Below are positions 11,001 to 23,717 of a stretch of DNA of 64,000 bases, one piece after another. Numbering within the stretch: position 1 is the stretch's first letter; each line of letters begins with the position of its first letter. The stretch is from positions 386,942,001 through 387,006,000 of the forward strand of contig OZ024740.1 of assembly GCA_964016885.1 (NCBI GenBank), given 5' to 3'. The position numbers and the translations under genes were made by a program. The stretch is from Eledone cirrhosa. Lineage: Eukaryota. The notes under the pieces are model-generated. The model saw only the letters and a list, made by a program, of their open reading frames with translations. It was not told the DNA's origin and ran no database searches.

Positions 11001-14000
11001 ATAGATGTAAAGTAGAGATAGTATGCTGCTGCTAAGTCTAAACTATAATAAAGAAAGGAGTGTGGGACTGCGTCCAGAATATTTTTTTTTATGCCATTTG
11101 TAAAATAAGTTGGATTACTTTGAATGAATAATGAATGATTATTACATAATTTATCTAAATTTCGTAGCTCTTGATTAAATATATTTTATTGCTTATTTAA
11201 AGATTTACTTCTTTAACATTTTCAAATGTCAACACTTCCGGTTAGCAATCACTTAAATAAAAATTCATATATTTCCGTCACTAATTTTCTCCTAATGCAG
11301 TTTATATATATCGTCTTTTTTTAATGTACCATGGATTTACGTTATTGATTACATAAGAGAGTGTAACACAGTCTTCGTTCAATTTCTGTGGATATTGTCA
11401 ACTACGATTTTATTTGACATATATCTACATGCATATATACTTGCGTATAATATCAATATGCACACTACATATGCTAGCAGAAAAACCACCTGAAGGGTGT
11501 TTTTTCTGCTAGTATATATAAGAAATGTAAATCTGAGTTTTTTGAATATTAATAATATTTGATTCGTTTGCAATTATGCAAACAGCTTTTTAAGTCATGT
11601 GAGTAGAAAAACCTCGTCATTCTTGCTCTTGTGTAAGCATATAAACAGAACTGCAGATGCTAATGTTTCTGGGTGATTACTCTTCATCAATATGATACTG
11701 TTTACCTGCCAACTGTCAGAGCTAGTGAAAATATACATTTTCTGGAATATACAGTGATTGGCCTGATTTGCATATTAGCAGACAGGCCAGTCAATTTTAT
11801 GTATACAAGCAATTAATAGCTTCTCTAATCACATCCTTCATTCCCCTCCCCCATACTATCTAAATGTCATTTTTTTTTAGGGAAACTTGGGATCTATCAG
11901 TCTCCACTTCCATCAGATCATCATCCACCCTATACCCATTGAAAGATTCTGCCCATATAAAGAGGATTGTCTTAGCCCTGTATATATATATCCACCTATC
12001 ATATGTGGGGTGTAGGGAGTAGATTCATGAGTTGCTAGTTGTCACTCCCTCTCTTCAAGGTCACCTCCACTACCCAACATTTGTTCTCACTCTTTCTATT
12101 TCCTTCAACATGTAGCTGGCATTGCTCCACGCCAACAATTCCACCCTGCAGTGCACTCATCACTGCTCCTTCCCTCCACAGTGCCACTTCTACAATGCTC
12201 TCATCAATGCTTCTCTCTGGCTGACTGATGACACAATGATTGCCCTAGTGTTGGTGCCACAATAAAATGCACCTAGTGCACTCTGTAAAGTGATTGTGAT
12301 GGTACTATAATGAAATGAACCCAATCCACTCTGAAAAGTGATGTGGCAAGAAACTTATCAAAAAATGATCCCTGAATGGATACAAATTCCACTTTTCACC
12401 AAGATCAAGTAAAACTGTACATTGGGTATGTTCTACAAGCAGCTAGTGTCATCAAGAGCAAAAAGACTTGTTACTTCTGTAGTATGGCACTATGTCATCC
12501 GAAAGCTCAAAAAGCAGTCCAGCACAAACATTACTTGAGTAATACAACAGTAATTTAGGAATGGATCAAACTTATACAATATTTCTCTTCGGGTGAAATG
12601 CCACTTCACATGCAGCCAAAGAAACCGTGTTAAAATATGGAATGTTTGAGCAAGACGTTATCTGATCTGTCTTGTCTCAGAACATGGTAATCCATGTCAA
12701 ATGGACATAAAATGATGATGATAATACAAGCAAACTATATTTATTGAATATGGCTATTTAAACTGAAAATCTTTTTAATTATTTTGAAATATTAAGAAAA
12801 TAAAGTGACATTTTACAAACATTCCTGTTTAAATTTTCACACCTGCAATAGAGACTTGTACTTAAAGACAACCATTGACCTTGCCTTCAATTTTACATCT
12901 GCTTGTAAATGTAGACATATTTGTAAACCAGCAGCCTTCACATTTCTTTTATTCAACACTTACCACCAGTACAGTACTGGCTTTGTATGTTTGACAGATA
13001 TGTTGGTTCTTTTGTTATTTTTCTCTATTTTTTTCTTATTGTTAATTTGTATAACTGCAGGCCAAAAATAATATGAAGTTCTTCACACCCGCAGAAGCAA
13101 AATCTTGGATACATCGTGAGTGTTGTATTCTGGAGTCACTGGGTGTTTCAGTTCTTACAACAGACACTCACATCCAGGTGACCCAACTGAGGTTGATTAA
13201 ACTTCAGTCTGTAAATCATCTAAACTACTATCATATATACCACATCAACCCTTTTGATACCATTCCATCTCAAACTGACCCTGGTTCTATGATACAAAAC
13301 TATTTTAAAATTATATTTATCTAAAAACATAACTTTATGTAAGAAATTTTGCTGTTATACTTCAAACACCAGCTTAATAAAAAGAAAGTTATATTACAAA
13401 ATCTTTACAAAATATTGATTATTTTCAAAATGATAGATTGTTATTCATTAGAAATATGGCAATGAAACAGAACATTTTTGCTTTTTTTTCTGTCATTCTT
13501 AATCTCTTGTGCTGTATCTATAACAAAGACAAATCTAGCTGGTCCAGTCTCCCTAGCTATATAAATAGAATAGGTATTTTGGAAACATACAGATCATTAC
13601 AAGGAGTGTGAACACTACACTATATGATTAATTTACTAGTCTGCAAAGTGACTTCAAATCTGGTAGGTTTGGGCTAAGAAAGAAGCCTTAACATTACTGT
13701 CGTTTCAGTCAAGTTTGTTATCAGGTTTTCTCTTTTTTACTGTTTACACAGGAAGGGCAATACCCATGACCCTTTTCAGAGACTAATGAGGAGGAAGGTA
13801 TCTTGAAACTAAAGACCTGGCCCAAATTATTGCAATAAAGTGAAACTCTAAAGGCACCCAAGGGTCATGTGGTGGTATTAAAAAGGCAATGAATTAGTTA
13901 TTTAGTTATTTCTAATGAAAAATCAACTGCCTACAATTTTCAAATCATTTAAAAAATAATCAAGATTCTGTAATATATTTAACTTTCTCATTAAACTGGT

Positions 14001-14784
14001 ATTTGGAATGATAAATATACACACTTTAAAACAAAGTTTTGTGTCATTACAACCAGGAGTGGTTTCAGGTAATTTGGTTTTGAAAGGTTGAAGTCTGCCA
14101 CCTAAATAGGCCACAACAAGATTTGAACTCCAAGAACAGAGTGTTGGAACAAATACAAGACATCTTGTTCAATGCTCTTACAATTTTGCAGATCTACTGT
14201 CAAATGGATGAAAGGGTAAAGTTTACCATTATGGGATTTGAACTCAGAACACAGAGCCAGAACGAATACTGCAAGTACAGGATATGAATGAATTTGAAGA
14301 AAAAGTAGAAACCACTAAGACCAACTAATTATGACTGATTTTTGAAGCTAAATAGAATAAACTGATGAATAGATTTATATACTGTGGAAGACAATGAAAT
14401 ATACTAAAAATTATTTCATATTTCTAACTCATGAACATAGAAACTTGTACACAAAACAGTTGGACTTGTTGATTTAATGTTTCCTTTACCATATTTTAAT
14501 GGAATGAACTGTGGAAGGATTTCATAATATAACTTTCTCATTATTAAACTGATATTTGGAATATAATGTTTCTTACATAGAATTATGATAGAAAGAAAGT
14601 GTTTTAGATGAATATAAGCACTTTAAAATAAATAACTTTGTATCATAGAACTAGAAGTGGTTTCAGGCAGTTTGGTGTAAAAAAAATGTCAACATGTTTA
14701 GAAACAGATCAATCAACTAATTTTTCCCCATACATTCTAAAATTGGCCACTTAAAGCCAGTCTATTCCTAAGTCTTTGTTATAA

Positions 14785-14955
14785 TTGTTTCTACTTTTAG
14801 GCACAAGGCCAGAAATTACCCAGTACATTACTTTATTGACCCCGTAAGGATGAAAGACAAAGTCAACCTCGGCGGGATTTGAACTCAGATTGTAAAGGGA
14901 CGTAACTATGCTGGAAAGCATGGCGTCTGACCCTCTACCGATACTGCCAATCCAC
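14785..14955 (-). mobile_element. tRNA-derived SINE (abundant family)
   Basis: Near-identical to copies at 20830-21018, 29270-29452 and 59460-59642 (-), and 23191-23410 and 47657-47880 (+). All have a tRNA-like head with gagttcaaatccc, a central ctttcatccttacggggtcgataaaa and an (ATT)n tail. Confidence 0.8.
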
Positions 14956-16579
14956 TTTGTTATAATGATGCACAACAATATACAACAAAGATTGTACATA
15001 AAACAAGAATAGCATTTCTAATCAACATAAGGGTTTTAAAACCATTTTACCTACTAAAGCTTTTCTATTTTGCCCTATTATCTACAACTCCCTCATCAAC
15101 ATACTGACTTCCGTTTCCTTCACCATCTTTAACCATGTATTTCTTGGTCTTCTACTTCCTTCTCCCATTCCTCTTATTCAATCACTTTCATCCTTCCTCA
15201 ACACATTACCCACACAACTTATTCCATTCATCTTCACATTTGTCACTGGCTCTACTCCCATCACCTCTTGCAATTCATTGTTTTTCTTCCTCGTTCTGAG
15301 CAAACAGCATTTCTAAGAAGACTACATATAAAATAACAAAAGATCTTTAGGATGGAAATAAAAGGTTTTATTTTCTTAAATGTTGACAGCAATTAGAATT
15401 TTGATCATCTTATCAAAAATGTCATTGTTATTATTTACATCCCAACAGTAATAGATGTCAGGTGGAGTCAGATTATTTGTGGTAATATTTTACATATGAA
15501 AATATTTAAATTGAGTCATTACTTAAGGCCGATTGACAAAAAAAGTGGTGTATAACCAAAGTAGATAAGAATCAGTGAAATACTGAGATAAATGTAACAT
15601 TTTGATTTTAAAAAATGGGGTGTTATTAAAACAAAATAAATGTATTAAAGTATTTGAATCACTAAAAATAATGTGTTAAATTAGAAAATCTCTCATCTGT
15701 GAAAAAAGAATGAACTTAAATTTAATTAGACCATAAGTTTTGATTATATTTAGAAACTTTACCTCACTGATTCAACAGAATGGTTTTTTTTTTTCAGTAT
15801 TTTGCCCCAGCTTACATAAAATTTACTGAAACAAGTAATGTTAAAAATTTAATTGAATTTAGACTATCTGCTCAACAGTTCTCAGCTGGTTATTGTTGTT
15901 TCGTCCCAGGTCTGCTTTGATAGATCAGGCCAATGATCAAAGGCTTTCCAACCATGACAGTTAAGTCTTCAACAACATAATTTATCCTTTTTTATAAGAC
16001 GATGATAGGGTGTGATATGAGGGAGATTGAGTAAGCTCATAAAAGCTTCTGCATTGGCTTGATAAGCTGGTATCGCCATAAAATGTAACATGTTTGTAAT
16101 TTGTTAATAAAATTAAAATATCTTACCATTTTATTTTTTCTGGGAGAAGTTTTAATAATTGCCAGTATCATGAATGATTTTTTTTAGTGCTTATTAACAA
16201 AATGTTAAATCTGTTTCTGTTAAAATTTAACATTTTTTTTTACCGCATCCAGTTAACTGCAGCTACAGATATTTAAACTTTTGTTTAATTTAATTATTAT
16301 TCAGAATTACCTTTAAATATATATAGATATAGTGTATATAAGGAATAAAAAAATTAAGCACACTGCAAATATTTTTATTTGAAAAAAAAAAAAATTTTAG
16401 AAACAGGAAAAAAAAAAAAAAAAAAAATAGTTTTGTAACTCTTATTGAATGATTTTCCAAGAAAGTCTGCACAAGTTGTTCAAGTACATTAAAATGTGTA
16501 TATTATATAAATATTTCTTAATTGAGTTTGACAAAAAAAAAAAAAAATATGGTAATATAGCTGATTAAACTGCACTCTA

Positions 16580-16746
16580 CTATGAGGGACATCCTGGAAA
16601 GGTGAAGCGTGGTGGAAATGTTCCACATCGTTGTTTACCAAAGATAGCAAGTGCAAAGTCTTGTGCAATATTTACTGTACATTCTTGTTCTATTTGAGAT
16701 CCCAGGAGAGGATTAACCTCAACTATATCAAGAGCAGACAATCTCC
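16580..16746 (-). CDS. ARG: Arginase terminal exon (RLSALDIVEVNPLLG...FGKQRCGTFPPRFTFPGCPS*)
   Basis: Acceptor ttttctcag, the LD.VEVNP ureohydrolase motif, and tandem TAG TAG stops. Confidence 0.92.
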
Positions 16747-17606
16747 CTGAGAAAAACAAAACAAAACAAAAAGGAGTTAAGTTAATGTCAACATATTTGA
16801 TACAGGGTGTAATAGAAGGCTAACTAGAAATAATTATGCAGTAAGGAAAAAAAAATCCTATTAGTCGATTACTACAATAACTTGCCATGAAGTCCCTTTT
16901 GAAGTATTGTTTCCCCGATGCCAAATCTTTTAGATGTCTCTTACAATATGCAGAGATATGGTGTACCTATTCTAAACCAGATACACAGGAAATATTAATC
17001 AATTACTAATATTTTAATTATTTCAAAAACTCTAGACATGTTTCAGTTTTATTGTGACATCATAGAAATCTAATTTTTAATGTATGTGCTTGCATAGGTT
17101 AGATGGGCTGCCATGTCAGGTGACTATACCTCAGTGTTGACTAGGAGCTTTGTTCATGGCACCAGCACTGCCAACTTACAGGGTGGACTGGCTGCTTTTT
17201 GTTGTGTAACTAGTATGGCCACCTATACAACATTGTACATTGGTTGGTATAGAAAAATACAATTATTTCGAGAATAAATAACTCAGATGCCATTCTTATA
17301 AACAAAAAAACAAGATTTAAATCAATATTAACATATTTAATTGGTTTAGGTTATTATAGAACGATTTTCACTACTAAATAACTTTCTAATGCAGCACATT
17401 TTCAAGACATCAGCAGGCTAGACTCTATACAAATTCACATCTTATAAATGTCAGGTTTGGTTCAAAAGTTTAATGTAGCACCTGGGTAGTCACATTGACA
17501 CCTGACTGAGGGTTGATATTAACCACCACGAGGACCCCTGCTGTAGACAAAAAGATTTCTAATTTATGAGTTGTACAAATTAAGATAATATCTAAAGTAT
17601 ACTTAC

Positions 17607-17666
17607 TTGTCTGAGCTAAAATCTCAGCAATATACATGCTTTCTCTGTAAGTGAGCCCGCCAGGTG
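17607..17666 (-). CDS. ARG: Arginase exon (PGGLTYRESMYIAEILAQT)
   Basis: cag/gtaagt boundaries, GGLTYRE motif, phase 1-1 consistent with neighbouring exons. Confidence 0.92.
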
Positions 17667-17844
17667 CTGAAACCATTCAATTATTAATTGATAAGTTATT
17701 ACAACAAAGGAGTTAATATAAAAACTAATAACAAAAACTTCAATAGGAAGCTTAGAATTGTTTAGAAAGGATTTCTATGAAATATTTTAATTACATTATA
17801 ATTTAATATATACACACACACACACACACATATATATATATGTA

Positions 17845-18036
17845 TCCCAGTGGAAGGAAGATGCAATAGAGGAAGACCATGAAAAACATGGGCGGAGGTG
17901 GTGAGAGCTGACCTGAAATCGTTGAAGCTCATAGAGGAGATGACGAAGGACTGTGATGAATGGAGAGATGCTGTGCTGAAGAGGACCCATCCCACCCTTG
18001 CAAGCAAAGAAAAGCGGACATAAAATGAATGATGAT
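17845..18036 (+). mobile_element. RTE LINE 3' end fragment
   Basis: PVEGRC.RGRP.KTWAEVVRAD... with an (ATG)n tail. Confidence 0.8.
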
Positions 18037-18670
18037 ATCATCATCATCATTTTACGTCCACTTTTCCCTGCTTGCAAGGGTTGGACGGGTCCTATTCATC
18101 ACAGCATCTCTCCACTTATCATGGTCCTTCGTCATCTCCTCCGTGAGCCTCAGCGATCTGAGGTCTGCTCTCACCACCTCCGCCCATGTTTTATGTGGTC
18201 TACCTCTACTGCATCTTCCTTCTACTGGGATTTCTTGGCACTTCTTTACCCAGCGGTCATCCTCCATGCGCATCACATGTCCATACCATCTCAGCCTTCT
18301 CTTCTGCACACAACTTATCCCTCTTATACCCAGTTTCTTTCTCAACTCGTTTATGCTTGGTCATTCATGCACATTGATATTGCACATCCAACGAGCATAC
18401 TTGCTTCATTTCTTTCCAGCCCTCACATATCCTCTGCAGTTGCTGCCCATGTATCACTACCATGCAGCATCGCGCATCTCACACAGGCATCATATAACCG
18501 TCCTTTCGTATGCAGGGAGGAACCCTACTTTGTCAAAAAAGGAAGCAGCTCCCTAAACTTATTCCAACCCGTCCTTATTCTAGATACTATGGCCTCGGAA
18601 CACCCCCCTCCCATGCTAATCTGATCACCTAGGTGCCGGAAGCTATCAACCATTTCTATAGAACCCACCT
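18037..18670 (-). mobile_element. RTE LINE 5'-truncated copy
   Basis: Minus-strand RRLRWYGHVMRM...RGRPHKTW and the upstream GRLYDACV..MLHGS region. Confidence 0.85.
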
Positions 18671-20034
18671 GCATTGGAAAAACAAAGCGAGGTTTCACAT
18701 TAAGGTTTTTATTGATAATACACAGATGGGTGGCTCAGGATCTATGTAAATGCTATAAACCCGACTCCAGCCCGATCTGCTCATCAGACTTGTTAATCAA
18801 GCAAAACCAAAATCTCAAAATTTCATATCTTACTATATCCCATACCAAATATGGGTATTGATCAATCCCTGTGTATACTGCCATAGCATAGAGTGTTGAT
18901 TTTGGTACTTTTCTCAGTAAACAATGAATCTACTGAACCAATATATATATGTATATACACACACAGAGTAGAGTAGGACTCTTCAGTCATCGCTATTGTT
19001 GGTGCCATGATAAAACACATCCAGTACATCCTGTAATATGGTTGGCATTAGAAGAGACATCCAGCCATAGAAACTAGGCCAAAAACAATTTAAAAGAATA
19101 AAAAAGGGAATATATTCAAGGAAGTCTTGGTCCCCTGAACACCTCAGAGGACTGTGGTTCCAATAAAGCACTGACTTTGTTTATAACAACCCACGCCATT
19201 AAATGAAAAGACTGATGTAAATTTGTCAAGATTCAAATTCAGAATGTAAAGAACTTAAGTAAATACCACAAGGTATTTTTTCCAATGTTCTAACCATTTT
19301 GTCAAAACAATATTCTTGTTTAGCATCAGATCAGTTTTGATCAAGCAGACTGACCTCTTAAAAGTATTCCAGTCAGGACTATTTTTAGATCTGTCTAAGA
19401 CAATATAAGCTAATATGCCCATCCCTTTTTTGTTAAGGTTGTAGGGTGTGCTTTGAAGCAGATTTGGTTTCTATTTCTAACATGTTGAGAAATTACAGAG
19501 AAGCTGCTTCTTGTATATAAAGCAGGTTGTGAGAAGAAATATGGGCTAACACTTTATCCCTTTTCTCCTACATTACCTGATCTTTAAGAAACTGTTTCTT
19601 TTCTCATTTTCCACACTGAGACCCTATTTCTTCTACTTCCGATATCTTTAACAAACCTCTCAGGTTGAATCATCATTTTACATCCATTCTTCTATGCTGG
19701 CATGAGTTGGATGGGACATCATCATCATTTAACGTCCATCTTCCACGCTAGCATGGGACGTTATAGATAAAATTAGTACTTAATTGAAGCTACTGACCAC
19801 GTCTCATTCAATATGCTCCATTTTTGTTATGGTTTCTACAGTTGAATGTCCTTCCTAATGCCAACCACAGAGTTTACTGGGTCCATTTTATCAAGGCACC
19901 AGCACAAGAGGGGTTGTCATGCCCTTGGTATAGCTGAAAAGCTGCTCTTTTGACATTTTTGGCATGCTATCTACAGCTGAATACCCTTTTTAATGCCAAC
20001 CACTTTACCCGTTACTATATTAAGAAACACTAAC

Positions 20035-20111
20035 CTGGTGTTCCAGTACTTCCTGCAATCAATGGATCAACACTGTCTATATCAAAACTGACATGAAGTG
20101 GCCGATTTCCT
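20035..20111 (-). CDS. ARG: Arginase exon (GNRPLHVSFDIDSVDPLIAGSTGTP)
   Basis: Not in the ORF track; found by hand. Boundaries tttcag/gttagt, the SFDID Mn-ligand motif and TGTP, phase 2-1. Confidence 0.93.
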
Positions 20112-20372
20112 CTGAAATTAAAGGAAAACACAATATTTACTTAATATTCCAAAGTTTGATTTCTTAATTTTTTTATGTCATGATTCTTTTTTGATATATT
20201 GCTTTTATATCCAGTTCTCCATTGATTGGACAAAACATTTTAAAAGTACTTTTACTATGGTTGGGTTCCCTTCCTAATACCAACTCATACTTTATTTCGT
20301 TAAAGTATGGCATATACTGTTCATTTTGGTCAACCTGTATAGCTATGAGACAAACACATGCCACTGCTTGTT

Positions 20373-20584
20373 TTAACCGTTTAGCATTTAAACCAGCCGT
20401 ATCTGGCCAGAATTCTCTCACCCCTTTCTGTTCAAACCAGCTGTAACAGGCCACTCATACTGATGTTAAGCTATTGTTCTCAAAATAATATCAAAATTTC
20501 ATAGATTTGATATTATGTGAGATAAAGCCTTTACCATGAAAATATAATAGTATATATAGAGTAATGTAAATGCTAAAGGGTTAA
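20373..20584. mobile_element. TTAA-flanked MITE (piggyBac-like non-autonomous element)
   Basis: ttaa-ccgtttagcattta ... taaatgctaaaggg-ttaa. Opposite-orientation copies are at 23718-23915 and 44266-44490. Confidence 0.75.
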
Positions 20585-20829
20585 ACAATATTAATATAAA
20601 GATGCACAGAAACAGGCACTGTCACACAAGAGAGAGAGAGAAGACTCATCCAACTCATGTAAACACATGAGTGACTGAAATACGTGGTAAGACACTGAGT
20701 TGGAGAAAACTTATCCAGCTCATGCAAACATGAATGACAAACATGTGGTGAGACAGCAACATGTGATAAGACACTGAGTTGGAGAAGACTTATTGAGCTC
20801 ATGTAAACAAGCATAACAATGAAAATAAT

Positions 20830-21018
20830 AATTGTTTCTACTTTAGGCAAAAGCCCAGCAATTACCCAGTGCATTACTGGTACTTTATTTTATCGACCCC
20901 GTAAGGATGAAAGGCAAAGTCAACCTCGGCGGGATTTGAACTCAGATCGTAAAGGGACGTAACTATGCTGGAAAGCATGGCGTCCGACCCTTTACCGATA
21001 CTGCCAATCCACCGCCCT
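20830..21018 (-). mobile_element. tRNA-derived SINE
   Basis: Same family as 14785-14955. Confidence 0.8.
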
Positions 21019-21092
21019 TGAAAATAATAATAATGATAATTGATTGACTGATTGATTAAGAAGTTTCAAATAAGTAGTAGAAAGCTAATTAC

Positions 21093-21197
21093 TTAGGATC
21101 AATTGCTGATAGGGCCATCTTCAGTACAGTTGAAATTCCTAAAGCATCCACTTCTTGCATTGTAAATGTACAAATCCCAAGTTTTTCAATAAGCCAC
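21093..21197 (-). CDS. ARG: Arginase exon (WLIEKLGICTFTMQEVDALGISTVLKMALSAIDP)
   Basis: tttttag/gtaatt boundaries, matches the LGI..F.M.EVD.LGI..V region, phase 2-2. Confidence 0.9.
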
Positions 21198-21232
21198 CTA
21201 AAAACAAAAAAAAAAGTATTATATACAAAAAG

Positions 21233-21404
21233 TACTGTATTTCCTGGCGTCGAAGATGCTACTTTTCCCATAAAATAGGTCTAAAAATCTACCATGCATC
21301 CTGGAGGCTGAAGGTTATTTATTATTTTTTTTTCAAATTTTTGGTTGTCAAAATTAGGGTGCATCCTCAAGGACGAAGCATCTTCAGTGCCGGGAAATAT
21401 GGTA
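21233..21404. mobile_element. MITE with about 28-bp TIRs and TA ends
   Basis: Left end tactgtatttcctggcgtcgaagatgct versus the reverse complement of the right end, taccatatttcccggcactgaagatgct. Confidence 0.75.
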
Positions 21405-21486
21405 AATAAAAAATATTTTAATTCTAAATGAATATGTAAAAAATTTTAATGATACATTCATACAGATTATATATATATATATATAT

Positions 21487-22281
21487 ATCATCATCACCGT
21501 TTTACGTCCGTTCTTCCACGCTAGCATGGGTTAGACGGGTTGTCCTGTTGTGGGCAGTGTCTGGTCGGCTGACCATGCCTTGCTCATACAGGAACTGATC
21601 TGGCTTGATTTCTACAGCTGGATGCCCTTCCTAACACCAACCTCATTTACAGTGAGTGCTGGGTGCTTTTTCGTGGCGCCTACACGTCCACTTTACAGTG
21701 TGGGCTGGGTGCTTTTTTGCCGTGGCACCTCCACGACCACCTTGCGGTGGGGGGGGGGGGGGCATATTGTTTATATGCTTCAGCATGTACCCATGGGAGG
21801 TCGGGTACCCTGTATTACTGCGCGACGCCAGAAGTCACGGTCGTGTGTCATTGACTTTGAGAGGTGTAGTTGGGTAAGGTCGGCTTTTATCACCTCATCC
21901 CAAGTCATCTTGGGTCTCCCCACTCCGCGGTTTCCATCAACTTCTAGTGCTCTGCACCTTTTTATGCAGCTGTCATCCTTCATACGCATCACATGTCCAT
22001 ACCAGCGTAACCGCCTCTCCTGCACGCAGCATTTGATTCCTCTTATGCTCAGTCTCTCTCTCAATTCATTTATGCTTTGTCGTTCACGTATATTACTGTT
22101 ACACATCCATCGGAGCATGCAGGCTTCGTTTCTCTCTAATCTACGTAAGTCTTCCACCTTCAGCGCCCAGGTCTCACTACCATGCAACATCGCTGTTCGG
22201 ATACACGCATCATACAGTCTGCCTTTCATTCTGAGGGAGAAGCCTTTTGCAGCTAGCAGTGGTAGTAGTTCCCTAAACTTC
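21487..22281 (-). mobile_element. RTE LINE 5'-truncated copy
   Basis: ORF 21780-22229 (MKGRLYDACIRTAMLHGSETW...RLRWYGHVMRM) is closely related to 39030-39466, followed by 3' UTR and tail. Confidence 0.88.
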
Positions 22282-22325
22282 TTATATATATCTTCTTATA
22301 TATTTATATATATATATATATATAA

Positions 22326-22529
22326 AAGCTATCGCCGTATTTTGACTAAAGAAATTAAAGAAAATTATTTAACCTGATAGTGGGGTTAAGAAACCTCGGA
22401 GAAATGGAAAAAGATGAGTATTGACGTACGTCAATACTCATCTTTTTCCATTTCTCCGAGGGTTCTTAACCCCACTATCAGGCTAAATAATTTTCTTTAA
22501 TTTCTTTAGTCAAAATACGGCGATAGCTT
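22326..22529. repeat. 204-bp spacerless palindrome (two 102-bp arms, 2 mismatches)
   Basis: Centre is ttgacgt|acgtcaa at 22427/22428. Mismatches are at 22372/22483 and 22393/22462. Confidence 0.95.
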
Positions 22530-22573
22530 ACATTTATAATTTCAAACTCACTCCCTGTTTCGAAAATATTCTT

Positions 22574-22605
<32 letters not shown>

Positions 22606-23190
22606 CTTACATACATACTTGTATGTGTGCTTGTCAGGAGGGATGGGACGAAATGTCTTTGATAACATATTGTTAACTAAGCTACCTCTGTGTCATTTAT
22701 CTGGTAGTTGACGATAACATGTTATAAGTCTATATACTTATAACATTTTGTAGATATTACCAGCGGAGCTAAACTGCTATAACTCAGTTTAGTAATGCCA
22801 GCCTTTACTACTACTAGTTCTAGCACCACCACCACAACTACTACCACAACTAAATGAAATGAAGTTTATTAAGCAATATATACTGAAAAAAAATATATAT
22901 AATCCCCCCAGAGAGGCTATCTTCAAGGAAATTAACCAGTAAGTAAAGGAAAATATACTTAATGCAGGGCAAACAGGTCTAAGGGACCATGGCTTTTTGT
23001 AGGGTTTTTTCATGTGTAACCCTCAGAAGTCCTCCCCTTATTGTGGAATTTCTTTCTTTTAAATTTATTATCTCTTTCTCATCTTAACATGTTTCCAAAA
23101 AACCACACTATCATATTGTACCACCCTTAATGTGCTTTTGTAAACACTTTATGATTAAGAAATTATTACATTTATGTAATTATTATTATT

Positions 23191-23410
23191 AGGGTGGGAG
23201 ATTGGCAGTATCGGTAGAGTGTCGGACACCATGCTTTTCAGCTTAGAGTTATGTCCCTTTATGTTGTGTTCAAATCCTGCTAAGGTTAGCTTTGCCTTTC
23301 ATCTTTAGAGTCAATAAAATAAGTACCAGTAATGTACTGGGGTTGATTTAATTGACTTTCCCTTCTCCCCAAAATTGCTGGCCTTGTTCCTGAATCAGAA
23401 ACCATTATTA
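23191..23410 (+). mobile_element. tRNA-derived SINE
   Basis: Same family as 20830-21018, in the opposite orientation. Confidence 0.75.
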
Positions 23411-23445
23411 TTGTTGTTGTAACATTAAATTAACATGATTCCTAC

Positions 23446-23502
23446 CTCTCTGCAGCATCAACATCTCGAAGGCCAATGTAGACAAGGTCACATGCCGATA
23501 CA
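23446..23502 (-). CDS. ARG: Arginase exon (VSACDLVYIGLRDVDAAE)
   Basis: Not in the ORF track. Boundaries cttgtag/gtagg, the VYIGLRDVD motif, phase 2-2. Confidence 0.93.
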
Positions 23503-23717
23503 CTACAAGAAAGAATTAACACATTTTAAAATATGTAGAAAAATATAACTGATTATCACACACTGCAGTTATTTAGAAATTATTAAATAACTAAGAAACA
23601 AAACAAAAAAAGAAGAAAAAAATTAGAAGCAAAAAAGAAAAAGTTAAAACGTTTTTTTACTGTTTATTTTATCTTCTGAGGTGTCTACATTCTATGTTCA
23701 TATTTGATAATGTTTCT

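Noticed and set aside
17470-17542. Possible alternative terminal arginase exon (cagcag acceptor, GVLVVVNINPQSG)
   Set aside because: It is in phase but lacks the D and E of LD.VEVNP. The sequence looks like a dispersed repeat fragment and the similarity is probably chance. RNA-seq junctions would settle it.
20610-20815. Degenerate 65-80 bp tandem repeat (a similar 52-bp one is at 48370-48520)
   Set aside because: Old local duplications of 3 copies with no further structure.
20920-21018. tRNA-like A/B boxes as true tRNA genes
   Set aside because: They are heads of multi-copy SINEs continuous with SINE bodies and tails, and they form no intact cloverleaf.
17998-22377. Plus-strand ORFs of 208, 175 and 275 aa
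   Set aside because: They are antisense shadows of minus-strand RTE fragments.
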